Below, in pieces: positions 55,284 through 64,000 of a stretch of 64,000 nt of DNA; within the stretch, counting starts at the first letter, position 1, and the number at the start of each line of letters is the position of its first letter. The stretch comes from Eubacteriales bacterium (GTDB lineage Bacteria > Bacillota > Clostridia > Christensenellales > CAG-138). The stretch spans positions 22,633-86,632 of the forward strand of contig JAJFTZ010000057.1 in the NCBI GenBank assembly GCA_021372675.1, given 5' to 3'. The translations under genes were made by a program, and so were the position numbers. The notes under the pieces were generated by a model that worked only from the letters and a program-made list of their open reading frames with translations, ran no database searches and was not told the DNA's origin.

Positions 55284-55979
55284 GTGACGCTTTCGGAAGC
55301 GCTGCTTATCGAAAAGGGCGTAACAGCCATCGTGGGCGGCGGGGGAAAAACCACGCTTTTGATGCGGCTCGCAAGGGAGCTATCGCAAACGGATCGCGTG
55401 ATTGTATGCACCACCACGCATATGCGCGCGCCCGAGGGGACGCCGCTTTTCTTAAGCGCGCGCGAGGATACCGTAAGGGAAGCGCTGCAACATCACAGCT
55501 TGATCTGCGTCGGGGAGCGCGAGGAAGGTACCGGCAAGCTCGTAAGGCCCTCGCTTAAAATGGAAACGCTCGCCGCGCTCGCGAACTATGTGCTCGCGGA
55601 GGCGGACGGCTCGAAGGGCCTGCCGCTCAAGGCGCACGCCGCGCACGAGCCGCAGATACCTCAATGCGCAAGGCGCGTATTGTATGTGGTGGGCGTGGAC
55701 GGCATAGGGAAAACGGTCGCCGAGGCGGCGCACAGGCCGGAGCTATATGCGCGCCTCATCGGCAAAACGGCGGGGGACGCCGTAACGCCGCAGGACGCGG
55801 CGCGCGCGGCCATGCTTATAAAAAACGCGGTCGCTGTTGTAAACAAGGTCGAATCGGAGGAGGCGCTCGCGTATGCGCGCGCATTTTGCAAGGCTTACGA
55901 AGGGAGGGCGGCGATCTGCTCGCTAAAAAGCGAGCGGCCGCTTATAGAGCTATGGGAGAACGGCATCCGCTCGTTGTGA
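55284..55979 (+). CDS. yqeC: Selenium cofactor biosynthesis accessory protein YqeC
   Basis: TAIVGGGGKTTLLMRLA P-loop and ...EADGSKGLPLKAHAAHEP. GTG 55284 lies 8 nt after GGAGG (alternative ATG 55263). Confidence 0.7.
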   Translation: MTLSEALLIEKGVTAIVGGGGKTTLLMRLARELSQTDRVIVCTTTHMRAPEGTPLFLSAREDTVREALQHHSLICVGEREEGTGKLVRPSLKMETLAALANYVLAEADGSKGLPLKAHAAHEPQIPQCARRVLYVVGVDGIGKTVAEAAHRPELYARLIGKTAGDAVTPQDAARAAMLIKNAVAVVNKVESEEALAYARAFCKAYEGRAAICSLKSERPLIELWENGIRSL

Positions 55980-56752
55980 TAAAGGGCGCGGGCGACCTCG
56001 CCACCGGCGTGGCGCTAAGGCTATACCGCGCAAACTTCGCCGTGGTGGCGACGGAGATCAAAGAACCCACGGCCATCCGCCGCACCGTCAGTATTTCCCG
56101 GGCAATAACGGAAGGAACCGCCACCGTGGAGGACGTGACGGGCGTGCGCGCCGTGGATGCAAACGACGCGTTACGCATCGTTTCGGAGGGGAACATCGCC
56201 GTGCTCGCGGATGAAAGGGCGGCGTGCTTACAAACGCTTAAGCCCGTTGCGCTCGTGGACGCCATCCTCGCCAAGCGCAATCTGGGTACGAGGCTAGAGG
56301 ACGCGCCCATCGTGGTGGCGCTCGGGCCGGGTTTTACCGCGGGGGTTGATTGCCACGCGGCGGTGGAGACCATGCGCGGGCACGACCTCGGCCGCGTATA
56401 CTACGAGGGCAGCCCCTATCCCGATACGAAGGAACCCGGCAGCATCGACGGCTTCACGTTCGAGCGTGTGATGCATACGCCTAAGGCGGGCGTATTCCGT
56501 GTTGTGCGCGAGATCGGCGATACCGTGGCGGCGGGAGAGATTGTAGCTTATGTGGACGGGGAGCCGGTAATGGCCAAGCTGAACGGCGTTTTGCGCGGCC
56601 TGCTGCCCGACGGTATTTACGCCGCGCAGGGTATGAAGTGCGGGGACGTAGACCCGCGCTGTGAAAGGCGGCATTGCTTTACGGTTTCCGATAAAGCGCG
56701 CGCCTTGGGCGGCGCGGTGCTCGAGGCCATTTTGCATTTTTCCGCGCAATAA
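55952..56752 (+). CDS. yqeB: Selenium-dependent molybdenum hydroxylase system protein YqeB (XdhC-related)
   Basis: VVIKGAGDLATGVALRLYRANF Rossmann-like start. Overlaps yqeC by 28 nt. Confidence 0.7.
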   Translation: MGERHPLVVIKGAGDLATGVALRLYRANFAVVATEIKEPTAIRRTVSISRAITEGTATVEDVTGVRAVDANDALRIVSEGNIAVLADERAACLQTLKPVALVDAILAKRNLGTRLEDAPIVVALGPGFTAGVDCHAAVETMRGHDLGRVYYEGSPYPDTKEPGSIDGFTFERVMHTPKAGVFRVVREIGDTVAAGEIVAYVDGEPVMAKLNGVLRGLLPDGIYAAQGMKCGDVDPRCERRHCFTVSDKARALGGAVLEAILHFSAQ

Positions 56753-56765
56753 GGAAAAAGCGCGC

Positions 56766-57443
56766 TTAGGGCGAAGGGATATCCTGTTCCTCGTTGTTGA
56801 GCATAAGCAAAAATGCCGCGCCTAAGAAGGGCAGGCAGGCGAGTATCGCGAACTCCTTAAAAAGCGAAACGCACAGGTTGCCGAGCACCGCGCCCACGAC
56901 GAACAGCGAGATGATGCTTAAGTAGAGAAGGCCGCTTTTGAGCGCGCCTTTGTTTTTTGCAAAGCCGAAGTCGCAAAACGCTTGTATGGAGGCGCGGAGG
57001 TTGCCGATGCACATCGTGGTGGCGATGCCGCTGCCGTTCACCTTGCGGAAGCCCTCGAGCTGCGCGCCGCACGCGAAGGAAATGAGGCTGTTCGCGATTA
57101 GGTTCAGGCTCTGCGGGAAAAACGCCGCGGCGGCGAGGCAGAGCATTTCGATCGCGAGCGCGGCCTGGCGCCAGTGGATGCGGCCGTTGCCCTTGAAGCG
57201 GTGGCGCACAAGCTCCGCAAGCGCGATGCCGAGCGCAAATGCGAGCACGGGGACAAGGTAGCGAAGCGCCTCGGGGAAATTGCCCGTGGAAAGGTTGACG
57301 CCGAAAAGGAGCATATTGCCCGTTTGGGCGTTTGCGAACACCTTGTCGCGGTACAGATAGGAATACGCGTCCATCAGCCCGCCGCTCAGGCTTAAAAGCG
57401 CCGCCACGGGAAAGGATTCGGACGCCTGTAAACGCCTCTTCAT
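56766..57443 (-). CDS. YoaK/DUF1275 family membrane protein
   Basis: LSLSGGLMDAYSYL...FANAQTGN motif and six hydrophobic segments. Confidence 0.7.
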   Translation of the reverse strand: MKRRLQASESFPVAALLSLSGGLMDAYSYLYRDKVFANAQTGNMLLFGVNLSTGNFPEALRYLVPVLAFALGIALAELVRHRFKGNGRIHWRQAALAIEMLCLAAAAFFPQSLNLIANSLISFACGAQLEGFRKVNGSGIATTMCIGNLRASIQAFCDFGFAKNKGALKSGLLYLSIISLFVVGAVLGNLCVSLFKEFAILACLPFLGAAFLLMLNNEEQDIPSP

Positions 57444-57457
57444 AAAAACCTCCGCTT

Positions 57458-58603
57458 TTATTCGGCCAACGCGCGCACGGCGGCGGCCGCCGCGTTTATT
57501 TCCGCCTCGGTTGTAAAGGGGGACACGGAAAAGCGCACCGTACCCCGCGGGAAGGTACCAAGCGTTTTATGCGCGGACGGGGCGCAGTGAAGGCCGCAGC
57601 GCGTCAAAACGCCGTAGTCGCGCTCGAGCGCGTAAGCCGCGTCTGCGTTATCCCTGTGTAAAAAATCGAGGCTTACGACGCCCACGCCTTTTGAGGCGTC
57701 GCCGGTTCCCGCGACGCGAACGCCGTTTAGGCCCGCGATCCCCTTCAAAAACCTGTCGGTAAGCGAAATTTCATGCGCGCGAAGATTATCTACGCCCTGT
57801 TCGAGCACGAAGGAAAGCGCCGCGTCGAAGCCGTAGATGCCGGGCAGGTTCAAGGTGCCCGCCTCGAAACGGTCGGGCAGGTAAGGCGGAAGCTCCTCGC
57901 TGTCGGACATGCTGCCCGTGCCGCCGCTCACGAGAGGTTCGAGCTTTTCCGCAAAGCTCTCGGAAAGGAGCAGCGCGCCCGCGCCCTGCGGGCCGAGGAG
58001 GCCCTTGTGGGCGGGCACGCAGAGCGCGCTTAAGGAGAGCGCCTTAAAATCGACGGGATGATGCCCCGCAGTCTGCGCCGCGTCCAGCACGAGGGGAATT
58101 CCACGCTCGCGGCAGATTTTTGACAGCTCCTCCACGGGCGCGAGCGTGCCGCATACGTTGGAGGCATGGGAAACGAGCACCAGCTTGGTGTTGGGTGCAA
58201 GCAGCGGTTTAAGCGAAGCCGGGTCGATCACGCCGCGCTCGTCCGCCGCCATGCGCGAAAAGCTTACGCCTCGCTTATTTAGTTGCCGGAGCGGGCGCAT
58301 CACGGCGTTGTGCTCGAGCGGGCCTACGACCACATGATCCCCGTCGCTTAAGAAACCCTTCAACACCTGATTGAGCGCGGCGGTCGCGCCGGGGGTGAAA
58401 ACGACGCGCAGAGGGTCGTCGAAATGAAAAAGCTCACATAGCTTTTGGCGCGCGGAAAAAGCCGTGCGCGCCGCTTCGGCGGCGGCGGGGTAGGACGCGC
58501 GGCCGATGTTCGCGCCCACGCCGCCTATATAATTTATCATCGCTTTGGCTACGCCGGGCGCTTTGGGGAAGGAGGTTGCGGCGTTATCGAGATAGATGCT
58601 CAT
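57458..58603 (-). CDS. Class-V aminotransferase / cysteine desulfurase (selenocysteine lyase)-like PLP enzyme
   Basis: CVPAHKGLLGPQG PLP-lysine region. Fold-type I length of 381 aa. Confidence 0.75.
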   Translation of the reverse strand: MSIYLDNAATSFPKAPGVAKAMINYIGGVGANIGRASYPAAAEAARTAFSARQKLCELFHFDDPLRVVFTPGATAALNQVLKGFLSDGDHVVVGPLEHNAVMRPLRQLNKRGVSFSRMAADERGVIDPASLKPLLAPNTKLVLVSHASNVCGTLAPVEELSKICRERGIPLVLDAAQTAGHHPVDFKALSLSALCVPAHKGLLGPQGAGALLLSESFAEKLEPLVSGGTGSMSDSEELPPYLPDRFEAGTLNLPGIYGFDAALSFVLEQGVDNLRAHEISLTDRFLKGIAGLNGVRVAGTGDASKGVGVVSLDFLHRDNADAAYALERDYGVLTRCGLHCAPSAHKTLGTFPRGTVRFSVSPFTTEAEINAAAAAVRALAE

Positions 58604-58723
58604 GGAAGCCTCCGAAAGCAGGTTCTTTCAACAGCATATCACGGTGAAGTAAAAAAGAAAATGTGCTATAATAAGGCATTCCTTTTCCTTTATAAATTTC
58701 ATACGAAAAACGGAGGGCTTTTC

Positions 58724-59560
58724 ATGTACAAGAATCCCTACGGCAGCGTGGCGCTGGTGACGGGCGCGAGCTCGGGCATAGGCTATGAAACGGCGCACGC
58801 TCTCGCGAAGCTCGGGTTTACGGTGTACGGCGGTTCACGGCGCGGCGGCGAGGACGCGGCGTACGGCGGGGGCAATATCACGATGCTTAAAATGGACGTG
58901 ACGGACGGCGCGTCGGTGAAAAAGGCGGTAGACGACATCCTCGAAAAAGAGGGCCGCATCGACATTTTGATCAACTGCGCGGGCAACGGCATCGCGGGCG
59001 CGGTGGAGGATTGCTCGGGCGAGGAAGCCTTAAAGCAGATGGACGTGAACTACGCGGGCGCGCTCCGCTGCATCGGCGCGGTGCTGCCCTCCATGCGCGA
59101 AAAAAGAAACGGGCTGATCGTGAACATCGGCTCGGTGGGAGGCATTTTCTCCATACCGTTCCAAACGCTCTACAGCTCCTCGAAATACGCGGTGGAGGCG
59201 CTCACGGAGGGGCTGCGCATCGAGCTTAAGCCATGGGGTGTTAAGGCGTCGCTCGTGGAGCCGGGGGACGTGAAAACGGGCTTTACGTCCGCGCGCGCTT
59301 ACGCGGAGGGCTGTAAAGCGAGCGCTTACGGGGCGCGGTGCGCGCAGGCGATCAAGCAGATGGAACGCGACGAGCAAAACGGAAAGGCGCCCGGCGTGGT
59401 GGTGAAGGAAATTTTAAAGACCATCCGCTCCAAAAACCCGCCCGTGCGGCGCACGGTGGGCGGTATGTACAAGGTGCTGGTGTTTTTGAAGCGCCTTTTG
59501 CCCGCGAGGCTCGTGGAGGCGCTGCTCGACACGATGTATCCGGGGTCGAAGGTGAAATAA
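58724..59560 (+). CDS. Short-chain dehydrogenase/reductase
   Basis: VTGASSGIG cofactor motif and YSSSK catalytic motif. Confidence 0.85.
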   Translation: MYKNPYGSVALVTGASSGIGYETAHALAKLGFTVYGGSRRGGEDAAYGGGNITMLKMDVTDGASVKKAVDDILEKEGRIDILINCAGNGIAGAVEDCSGEEALKQMDVNYAGALRCIGAVLPSMREKRNGLIVNIGSVGGIFSIPFQTLYSSSKYAVEALTEGLRIELKPWGVKASLVEPGDVKTGFTSARAYAEGCKASAYGARCAQAIKQMERDEQNGKAPGVVVKEILKTIRSKNPPVRRTVGGMYKVLVFLKRLLPARLVEALLDTMYPGSKVK

Positions 59561-59591
59561 AGGGCCGCATATGAAGCGGAAGGAGCTTAAG

Positions 59592-60320
59592 ATGAAGCTC
59601 GAAGCGGTATTTTTCGATATGGGCGGCACGCTGGAGCTTGTGGAGGCGACGGCGGAGAGCCGCGCGCATTTCGTGTGTACGGCGCAGGCACTGGTGGGCG
59701 GCTTTGCGCCGAAAATAGCCGCGCTTTCCGGAGAACGTTTCGAAGAGCTCGTGGTCGCGGGGGCGAGGCGGTATAAGCTTCACAGCGTTGAAACGGAAAT
59801 CGAAGCGCCGTCGGCGGTCATCTGGGGCGAATATGTATTTGGCGGTTATTCGGAATACCGTCCCTTTTTCACGCTGATTGGGGATATGCTCAGCGACCTT
59901 TGGGCGAGCGTTTACCATACCCGCAGGCTGCGGCCCGAGGCGAAGGAAGCGCTCGATGAGCTTTCCGTCATGGGGCTGCGCCTTGGGGTAATCAGCAATA
60001 CGACGAGCCGCGTCATGCCGCTGCGCCAGCTGGAGCTGTATGGCATACGGGAGCGGTTCGAGGTCGTCGCCCTTTCTTCAAAGGAACGCGCACGAAAGCC
60101 CGATCCCGCGCTGTTTCTCGGCGCGGCGCAAAAAATGGGGATTGATCCCGCGCGGTGCGCCTATGTGGGCGATCTTCTCGCGCGCGACGTGGCGGGCGCG
60201 AACGCGGCGGGGTTTGCTACGTGCTTTTTGATCGGTGCGGACGAAGCTGTGCCCGGAAAACCCGCGACCTATATCAAAATAAAGGCGCTGACGGAGGTTG
60301 CAAAGATACTTGCGGTCTGA
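59592..60320 (+). CDS. HAD-superfamily hydrolase
   Basis: FFDMGGTL motif I, ISNT motif II, VGDLLARD motif IV. ATG 59592 sits behind AAGGAG. Confidence 0.75.
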   Translation: MKLEAVFFDMGGTLELVEATAESRAHFVCTAQALVGGFAPKIAALSGERFEELVVAGARRYKLHSVETEIEAPSAVIWGEYVFGGYSEYRPFFTLIGDMLSDLWASVYHTRRLRPEAKEALDELSVMGLRLGVISNTTSRVMPLRQLELYGIRERFEVVALSSKERARKPDPALFLGAAQKMGIDPARCAYVGDLLARDVAGANAAGFATCFLIGADEAVPGKPATYIKIKALTEVAKILAV

Positions 60321-60380
60321 GGTTGCGCGGCGGGCACGCCGCGCATAGGGTATCCAAAGCCTTTATTCCCTAAGCAGCAT

Positions 60381-60479
60381 AAAAGGCGCTCGTTTTTGAG
60401 CGCCTTTTCGTATAAAGCAAATCTATTGTAATCTAAGCCAAAAGTTCTTTTGGTTACTTTTCTTACAAGAAAAGTAACC
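60381..60479 (-). repeat. Rep-C full module copy f after typA
   Basis: AAAAGGCGCTCGTTTTTGAGCGCCTTTT ... CCAAAAGTTCTTTTGGTTACTTTTCTTACAAGAAAAGTAACC. Confidence 0.85.
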
Positions 60480-60485
60480 GTTTCC

Positions 60486-62297
60486 CTACTCCTTCGCCTG
60501 CGCCTGTTTCTTCATGCGGAATTCCTTTTGGAGGATGCGCTTGCGGAGGCGGACGGATTTGGGGGTGGCCTCGACAAGCTCGTCGTCGGCGATGAACTCG
60601 AGGCACTGCTCGAGGCTTAGCATGCGGTAGGGGGTAAGCCTAAGGGCTTCGTCGGAGCCGGAGGCGCGCATGTTGGTGACGTGCTTCTTTTTGCACACGT
60701 TCACGGTGATATCCTCGTTGCGCGAGCATTCGCCCACGACCTGTCCCTCGTAGACGGGCACGCCGGGGCCTACGAACAGGTCGCCGCGCTCCTGCGTGTT
60801 ATAGAGGCCATAGGAGGAGGTTTCGCCCGCCTCGCTGCAAACGAGGGAGCCGCGCGTGCGCTCGAGGATATCGCCCTTGTACGGCTCGTAGCCGTGGAAG
60901 ATATGGCTCATCACGCCGTTGCCGCGCGTTTCGGTGAGAAGCTCGCCGCGGTAGCCCATAAGGCCGCGCGCGGGGATCAAAAACAGTAAGCGGGTGCTGC
61001 CCTCCGATTCGGAAAGCATGTTTTGAAGCTCCGCCTTGCGCGTGCCGAGGCCGGACATCACGGCGCCGACGTATTCCTGCGGCACGTCCACGGTAAGCTC
61101 CTCGATCGGCTCGAGAAGCTCGCCGTTTGCGCCCGTTTTCATGATGACCTTCGGGCGGGAAACGGCAAACTCATAGTCCTGGCGGCGCATGGTTTCGATG
61201 AGGATGGAAAGGTGCAGCTCGCCGCGCCCGCTAACCTTGAACATATCGGTAGTAGAAGTTTCCTCCACACGCATGGCGACGTTGGTTTCCACCTCCTTGA
61301 AGAGGCGTTCGCGGAGGTTGCGGGAGGTGACGTATTTGCCCTCGCGCCCGGCGAAGGGGCTGTCGTTGACGAGGAACATCATGGAAACGGTAGGCTCGTC
61401 GATGTGCACGAAGGGCAGCGGCTCGACGCGGGCGGGGTCGCAGGCGGTCTCGCCGATACTTATATCCGCAATGCCGGCCACGGCGATGATCTCGCCCGCG
61501 GCGGCCTCCTCGATTTCCACGCGCTTAAGGCCGTCGAAGCGGTAGAGGCGCGAAAGCTTCACGTCGCGCTGCGTTCCGCCGCCGCAGATGGTAACGACCT
61601 GGCCGCGGCGCACGGCGCCGCGTTCCACGCGGCCGATGCCGATGCGGCCCACATAGTCGTCGTAATCGACGGTGGAAAACAAGATTTGAAGCGGCGCGCT
61701 TTCGCCGCCCTGCGGCGCGGGGACGGTGGAGAGTATGGTGTCGAAAAGCGCCGTCATATCGGCGCCGAGGTCGTCGGGGTCGAGGCCGGAAAAGCCGTCG
61801 CGCGCGGAGGCGTATACGACGGGGAAGTCGATCTGCTCGGCGGTCGCGCCAAGCTCCATGAAAAGCTCGAGCGTTTCATCCACCACCTCGATGGGGCGGG
61901 AATCGGTGCGATCCACCTTGTTTACGACCACCACGGGTATTTTTTTAAGCTCAAGCGCTTTTCTGAGCACAAAGCGGGTCTGCGGCATGCAGCCCTCGAA
62001 GGCGTCCACGAGAAGAAGCACGCCGTCCACCATCTGGAGGATGCGCTCCACCTCGCCGCCGAAGTCGGCGTGGCCCGGGGTATCCACGATGTTGATGCGG
62101 GTGCCCTTATAGGTGACGGCGGTGTTTTTCGATAAAATGGTGATGCCCCGCTCGCGCTCGATGTCGTTGGAATCCATAACGCGCTCCTGCACCTGCTCGT
62201 TGGAGCGAAAAACGCCGCTTTGGCGAAGAAGCTGATCCACAAGGGTAGTCTTACCGTGGTCCACGTGCGCGATGATGGCGATGTTGCGAATGTCCAT
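60486..62297 (-). CDS. typA: Translational GTPase TypA/BipA
   Basis: [29 protein letters not shown] motifs. Confidence 0.95.
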   Translation of the reverse strand: MDIRNIAIIAHVDHGKTTLVDQLLRQSGVFRSNEQVQERVMDSNDIERERGITILSKNTAVTYKGTRINIVDTPGHADFGGEVERILQMVDGVLLLVDAFEGCMPQTRFVLRKALELKKIPVVVVNKVDRTDSRPIEVVDETLELFMELGATAEQIDFPVVYASARDGFSGLDPDDLGADMTALFDTILSTVPAPQGGESAPLQILFSTVDYDDYVGRIGIGRVERGAVRRGQVVTICGGGTQRDVKLSRLYRFDGLKRVEIEEAAAGEIIAVAGIADISIGETACDPARVEPLPFVHIDEPTVSMMFLVNDSPFAGREGKYVTSRNLRERLFKEVETNVAMRVEETSTTDMFKVSGRGELHLSILIETMRRQDYEFAVSRPKVIMKTGANGELLEPIEELTVDVPQEYVGAVMSGLGTRKAELQNMLSESEGSTRLLFLIPARGLMGYRGELLTETRGNGVMSHIFHGYEPYKGDILERTRGSLVCSEAGETSSYGLYNTQERGDLFVGPGVPVYEGQVVGECSRNEDITVNVCKKKHVTNMRASGSDEALRLTPYRMLSLEQCLEFIADDELVEATPKSVRLRKRILQKEFRMKKQAQAKE

Positions 62298-62435
62298 AAT
62301 CCAAGTCCTTTTTCTTAAAATCAACATTGTATTATAAAACGCCGCGGCGCAAAATACAACAAAAACGTTTCAGTTCCGCCGACTTGACAGAAGCGGCGTT
62401 TCATTTTATAATGCGCATACAATCGAAACGACCAT

Positions 62436-62588
62436 CCGCTGGGGGCGTCGGCGCGGTAAGAAGCGCCGGCTGAGAGAGACCCTTGGAACCTGTACGGATC
62501 ATGCCGACGTAGGGAAGCGGGAGAAAAAGCAAAGCAAGGATACGCTTTTGCCTCCGCGAGCCAAGTATGGCGGCGGAGGCTTTCGTTT
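62436..62588 (+). promoter_or_regulatory. TPP (THI-box) riboswitch with intrinsic-terminator expression platform
   Basis: GGGGCG...CTGAGAGAGACCCTTGGAACCTGTACGGATCATGCCGACGTAGGGAA matches the THI-box core. GCCTCCGC...GCGGAGGC hairpin plus TTTCGTTT at 62550-62588. Upstream of thiT. Confidence 0.85.
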
Positions 62589-62612
62589 GAATTTGCAAAG
62601 AGGTGGTTTCGT

Positions 62613-63299
62613 ATGTCGTTCAAGCTGTTCGAGGAACTGGGGAAGCTCGACACAAAGGGTATCGTCTTGCTCGTTTTGGGCGCAATCGCGGTCGCGGCGC
62701 TTTTTGCGGCGCTCGCTCGCTCCTCGCGGCGCGTCAAAAACGCCGCGCCGGAGCGGGAGCTTAACGGGGGCGCGGGAAAAAAAAAGCCGAATGTGCGCGC
62801 GCTCGTGTACGGCGCGCTCTGCGTGAGCCTTTCCTTCGTTCTGAGCTATTTCAAGCTTTTTGAGCTGCCCATGGGCGGTTCCGTCACGCTTTTGAGCATG
62901 CTGCCGGTAACGGCCTACGCGATGGCGTTCGGCCCCGCGTACGGCTTTACGGCCGCGTTCGCGTACAGCCTTTTGCAGGTGGTACAGGGCGCGTATGTGG
63001 TGCATTGGGCCCAGTTTTTGCTCGATTACATCTTCGCGTTCACCTGCCTCGGAATCGCGTCGCTGTTCCCGAAAAGCCTGCCGCTCGGGATCGCGGTGGC
63101 GGGCCTCGGGCGCTTCGCGTGCTCCGTGCTGAGCGGCGTTATTTTCTTTTCCTCCTACGCCGCCGACGCGGGGTTCCAAAGCGCGTGGCTCTATTCCATC
63201 GCGTACAATGGCTCCTCGCTTGGGTTGGATGCGTTTTTGTGCGTGCTGGCGGCGTTTTTGCCCGCCGTGCGGAGGCTGCTCGACAGGATGAAGGCGTAA
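62613..63299 (+). CDS. thiT: Energy-coupling-factor thiamine transporter S component (ThiT/YuaJ family)
   Basis: Polytopic 228-aa protein directly downstream of a TPP riboswitch. Confidence 0.7.
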   Translation: MSFKLFEELGKLDTKGIVLLVLGAIAVAALFAALARSSRRVKNAAPERELNGGAGKKKPNVRALVYGALCVSLSFVLSYFKLFELPMGGSVTLLSMLPVTAYAMAFGPAYGFTAAFAYSLLQVVQGAYVVHWAQFLLDYIFAFTCLGIASLFPKSLPLGIAVAGLGRFACSVLSGVIFFSSYAADAGFQSAWLYSIAYNGSSLGLDAFLCVLAAFLPAVRRLLDRMKA

Positions 63300-63311
63300 A
63301 ATCCGGATAAG

Positions 63312-63349
63312 AAAAAACCGCCTCGGAATTTTTCCGGGGCGGTTTTTTT
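63312..63349. terminator. Bidirectional terminator after thiT
   Basis: AAAAAACCGCC..GG...CCGGGGCGGTTTTTTT. Confidence 0.7.
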
Positions 63350-63358
63350 AAAAGGCGG

Positions 63359-64000
63359 TCAAGAATGCTGGTACAGCTCCCTGTTTAAAAAGTCGTACAG
63401 CACGGTACCGTCGAGGCTTTCGAAGTAGACGAGCAAAGGCACGGCGCGTTCGACATAGCCTTGCGCCGCGGCCTCGAAGGCCGCCACGTCGGCGGAAACA
63501 TCCTTGCCGGCGGCGTCTTTATATGTGTAGCCGTCGCCCGCGGAGTCTACCACGAAGGAAAGATAGCCGCTCTCCTTGACGACGGCGCCGCCCTTCGCGT
63601 CGAGCGAAAAGAGGGTGTAGGTATAATCCGCATAGCCCTGAAAGACCGAGGGGTTGCAGTCGAACAGATACGCGCCCGTTTCGTCGGTAAGCAGGTAGAG
63701 CTGCTGCCAGCCCACGTGCGCGTGGTTCGCCTCGCGCTCGTAGATCTGCGCCGCCGCGCCGTTCACAAGGGAAAACACGCGCACATAACCCTCGCGAAAG
63801 TCGCTGCTGTCCGTTACCGAGGAAAGCGCGACAGGGGCGGGGGTGCCGGATTCGTCGAGCAACTCCACCACGATCAGTTCGTTTTGTCCGTCGTGCGTCA
63901 GATCCGCATAGGCCGCCTCGGCATAGCCGAGATCGTAGTTTTGCCTGAAATAGGCCGCGAGTACGGCGTCGCCCGCCGCGGGCGTGGAAACGGGCGTAGG
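63359..64000 (-). CDS. Hypothetical protein (5' end off-window)
   Basis: The frame remains open from 63871 to the window edge. No recognisable motif. Confidence 0.4.
   Translation of the reverse strand, partial: PTPVSTPAAGDAVLAAYFRQNYDLGYAEAAYADLTHDGQNELIVVELLDESGTPAPVALSSVTDSSDFREGYVRVFSLVNGAAAQIYEREANHAHVGWQQLYLLTDETGAYLFDCNPSVFQGYADYTYTLFSLDAKGGAVVKESGYLSFVVDSAGDGYTYKDAAGKDVSADVAAFEAAAQGYVERAVPLLVYFESLDGTVLYDFLNRELYQHS

Overview
This window is the replication-origin neighbourhood of a high-GC, endospore-forming Clostridia-type Firmicute. The lineage guess, Oscillospiraceae/Ruminococcaceae-like, is inferred from gene content only. No search tools were run, so every call rests on motif and synteny recognition by eye.

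**Core content**
- Minus strand: rpmH-rnpA-yidD-yidC-jag-mnmE-mnmG-rsmG-noc, then mrnC-rlmB-sigH and recF-remB-gyrB-gyrA-cca.
- Plus strand: dnaA-dnaN with a well-defined oriC (DnaA boxes, GC cluster, DnaA-trio-like CTA repeats, AT-rich DUE).
- To the right: a cwlD-like amidase, an M32 carboxypeptidase, the gcvT-H-PA-PB operon, mrp, an SH3b-sortase B fusion, cysS, murG, soj-spo0J, a yqeC/yqeB selenium-cofactor accessory pair, typA, and a TPP riboswitch with thiT.
- To the left: accessory genes, including an M19 dipeptidase, a Cu/Zn-SOD-like protein, a metallophosphoesterase, an ABC-2 exporter, VanZ, a MerR/TipA-like regulator and hydrolases.
- I saw no rRNA, tRNA, CRISPR array, transposase or prophage genes.

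**Most notable non-genic signals**
1. Three parS-like palindromes on an exact 30-bp register, upstream of the soj-spo0J block.
2. One perfect Noc-binding site inside cca.
3. Three families of structured intergenic repeats. One has tRNA-like (T-arm plus acceptor) inverted termini and sits directly in front of start codons. One is built of GC hairpins behind a long hairpin whose structure, but not sequence, is conserved. One is a reusable 3'-UTR/terminator cassette.
4. A third DnaA-box cluster downstream of dnaN.
5. About two dozen KPYG(D/E) repeats fused to RlmB.

I found no obvious multi-gene defence or novel enzymatic system. The repeat families and the partition-site architecture are the best candidates for undescribed biology.
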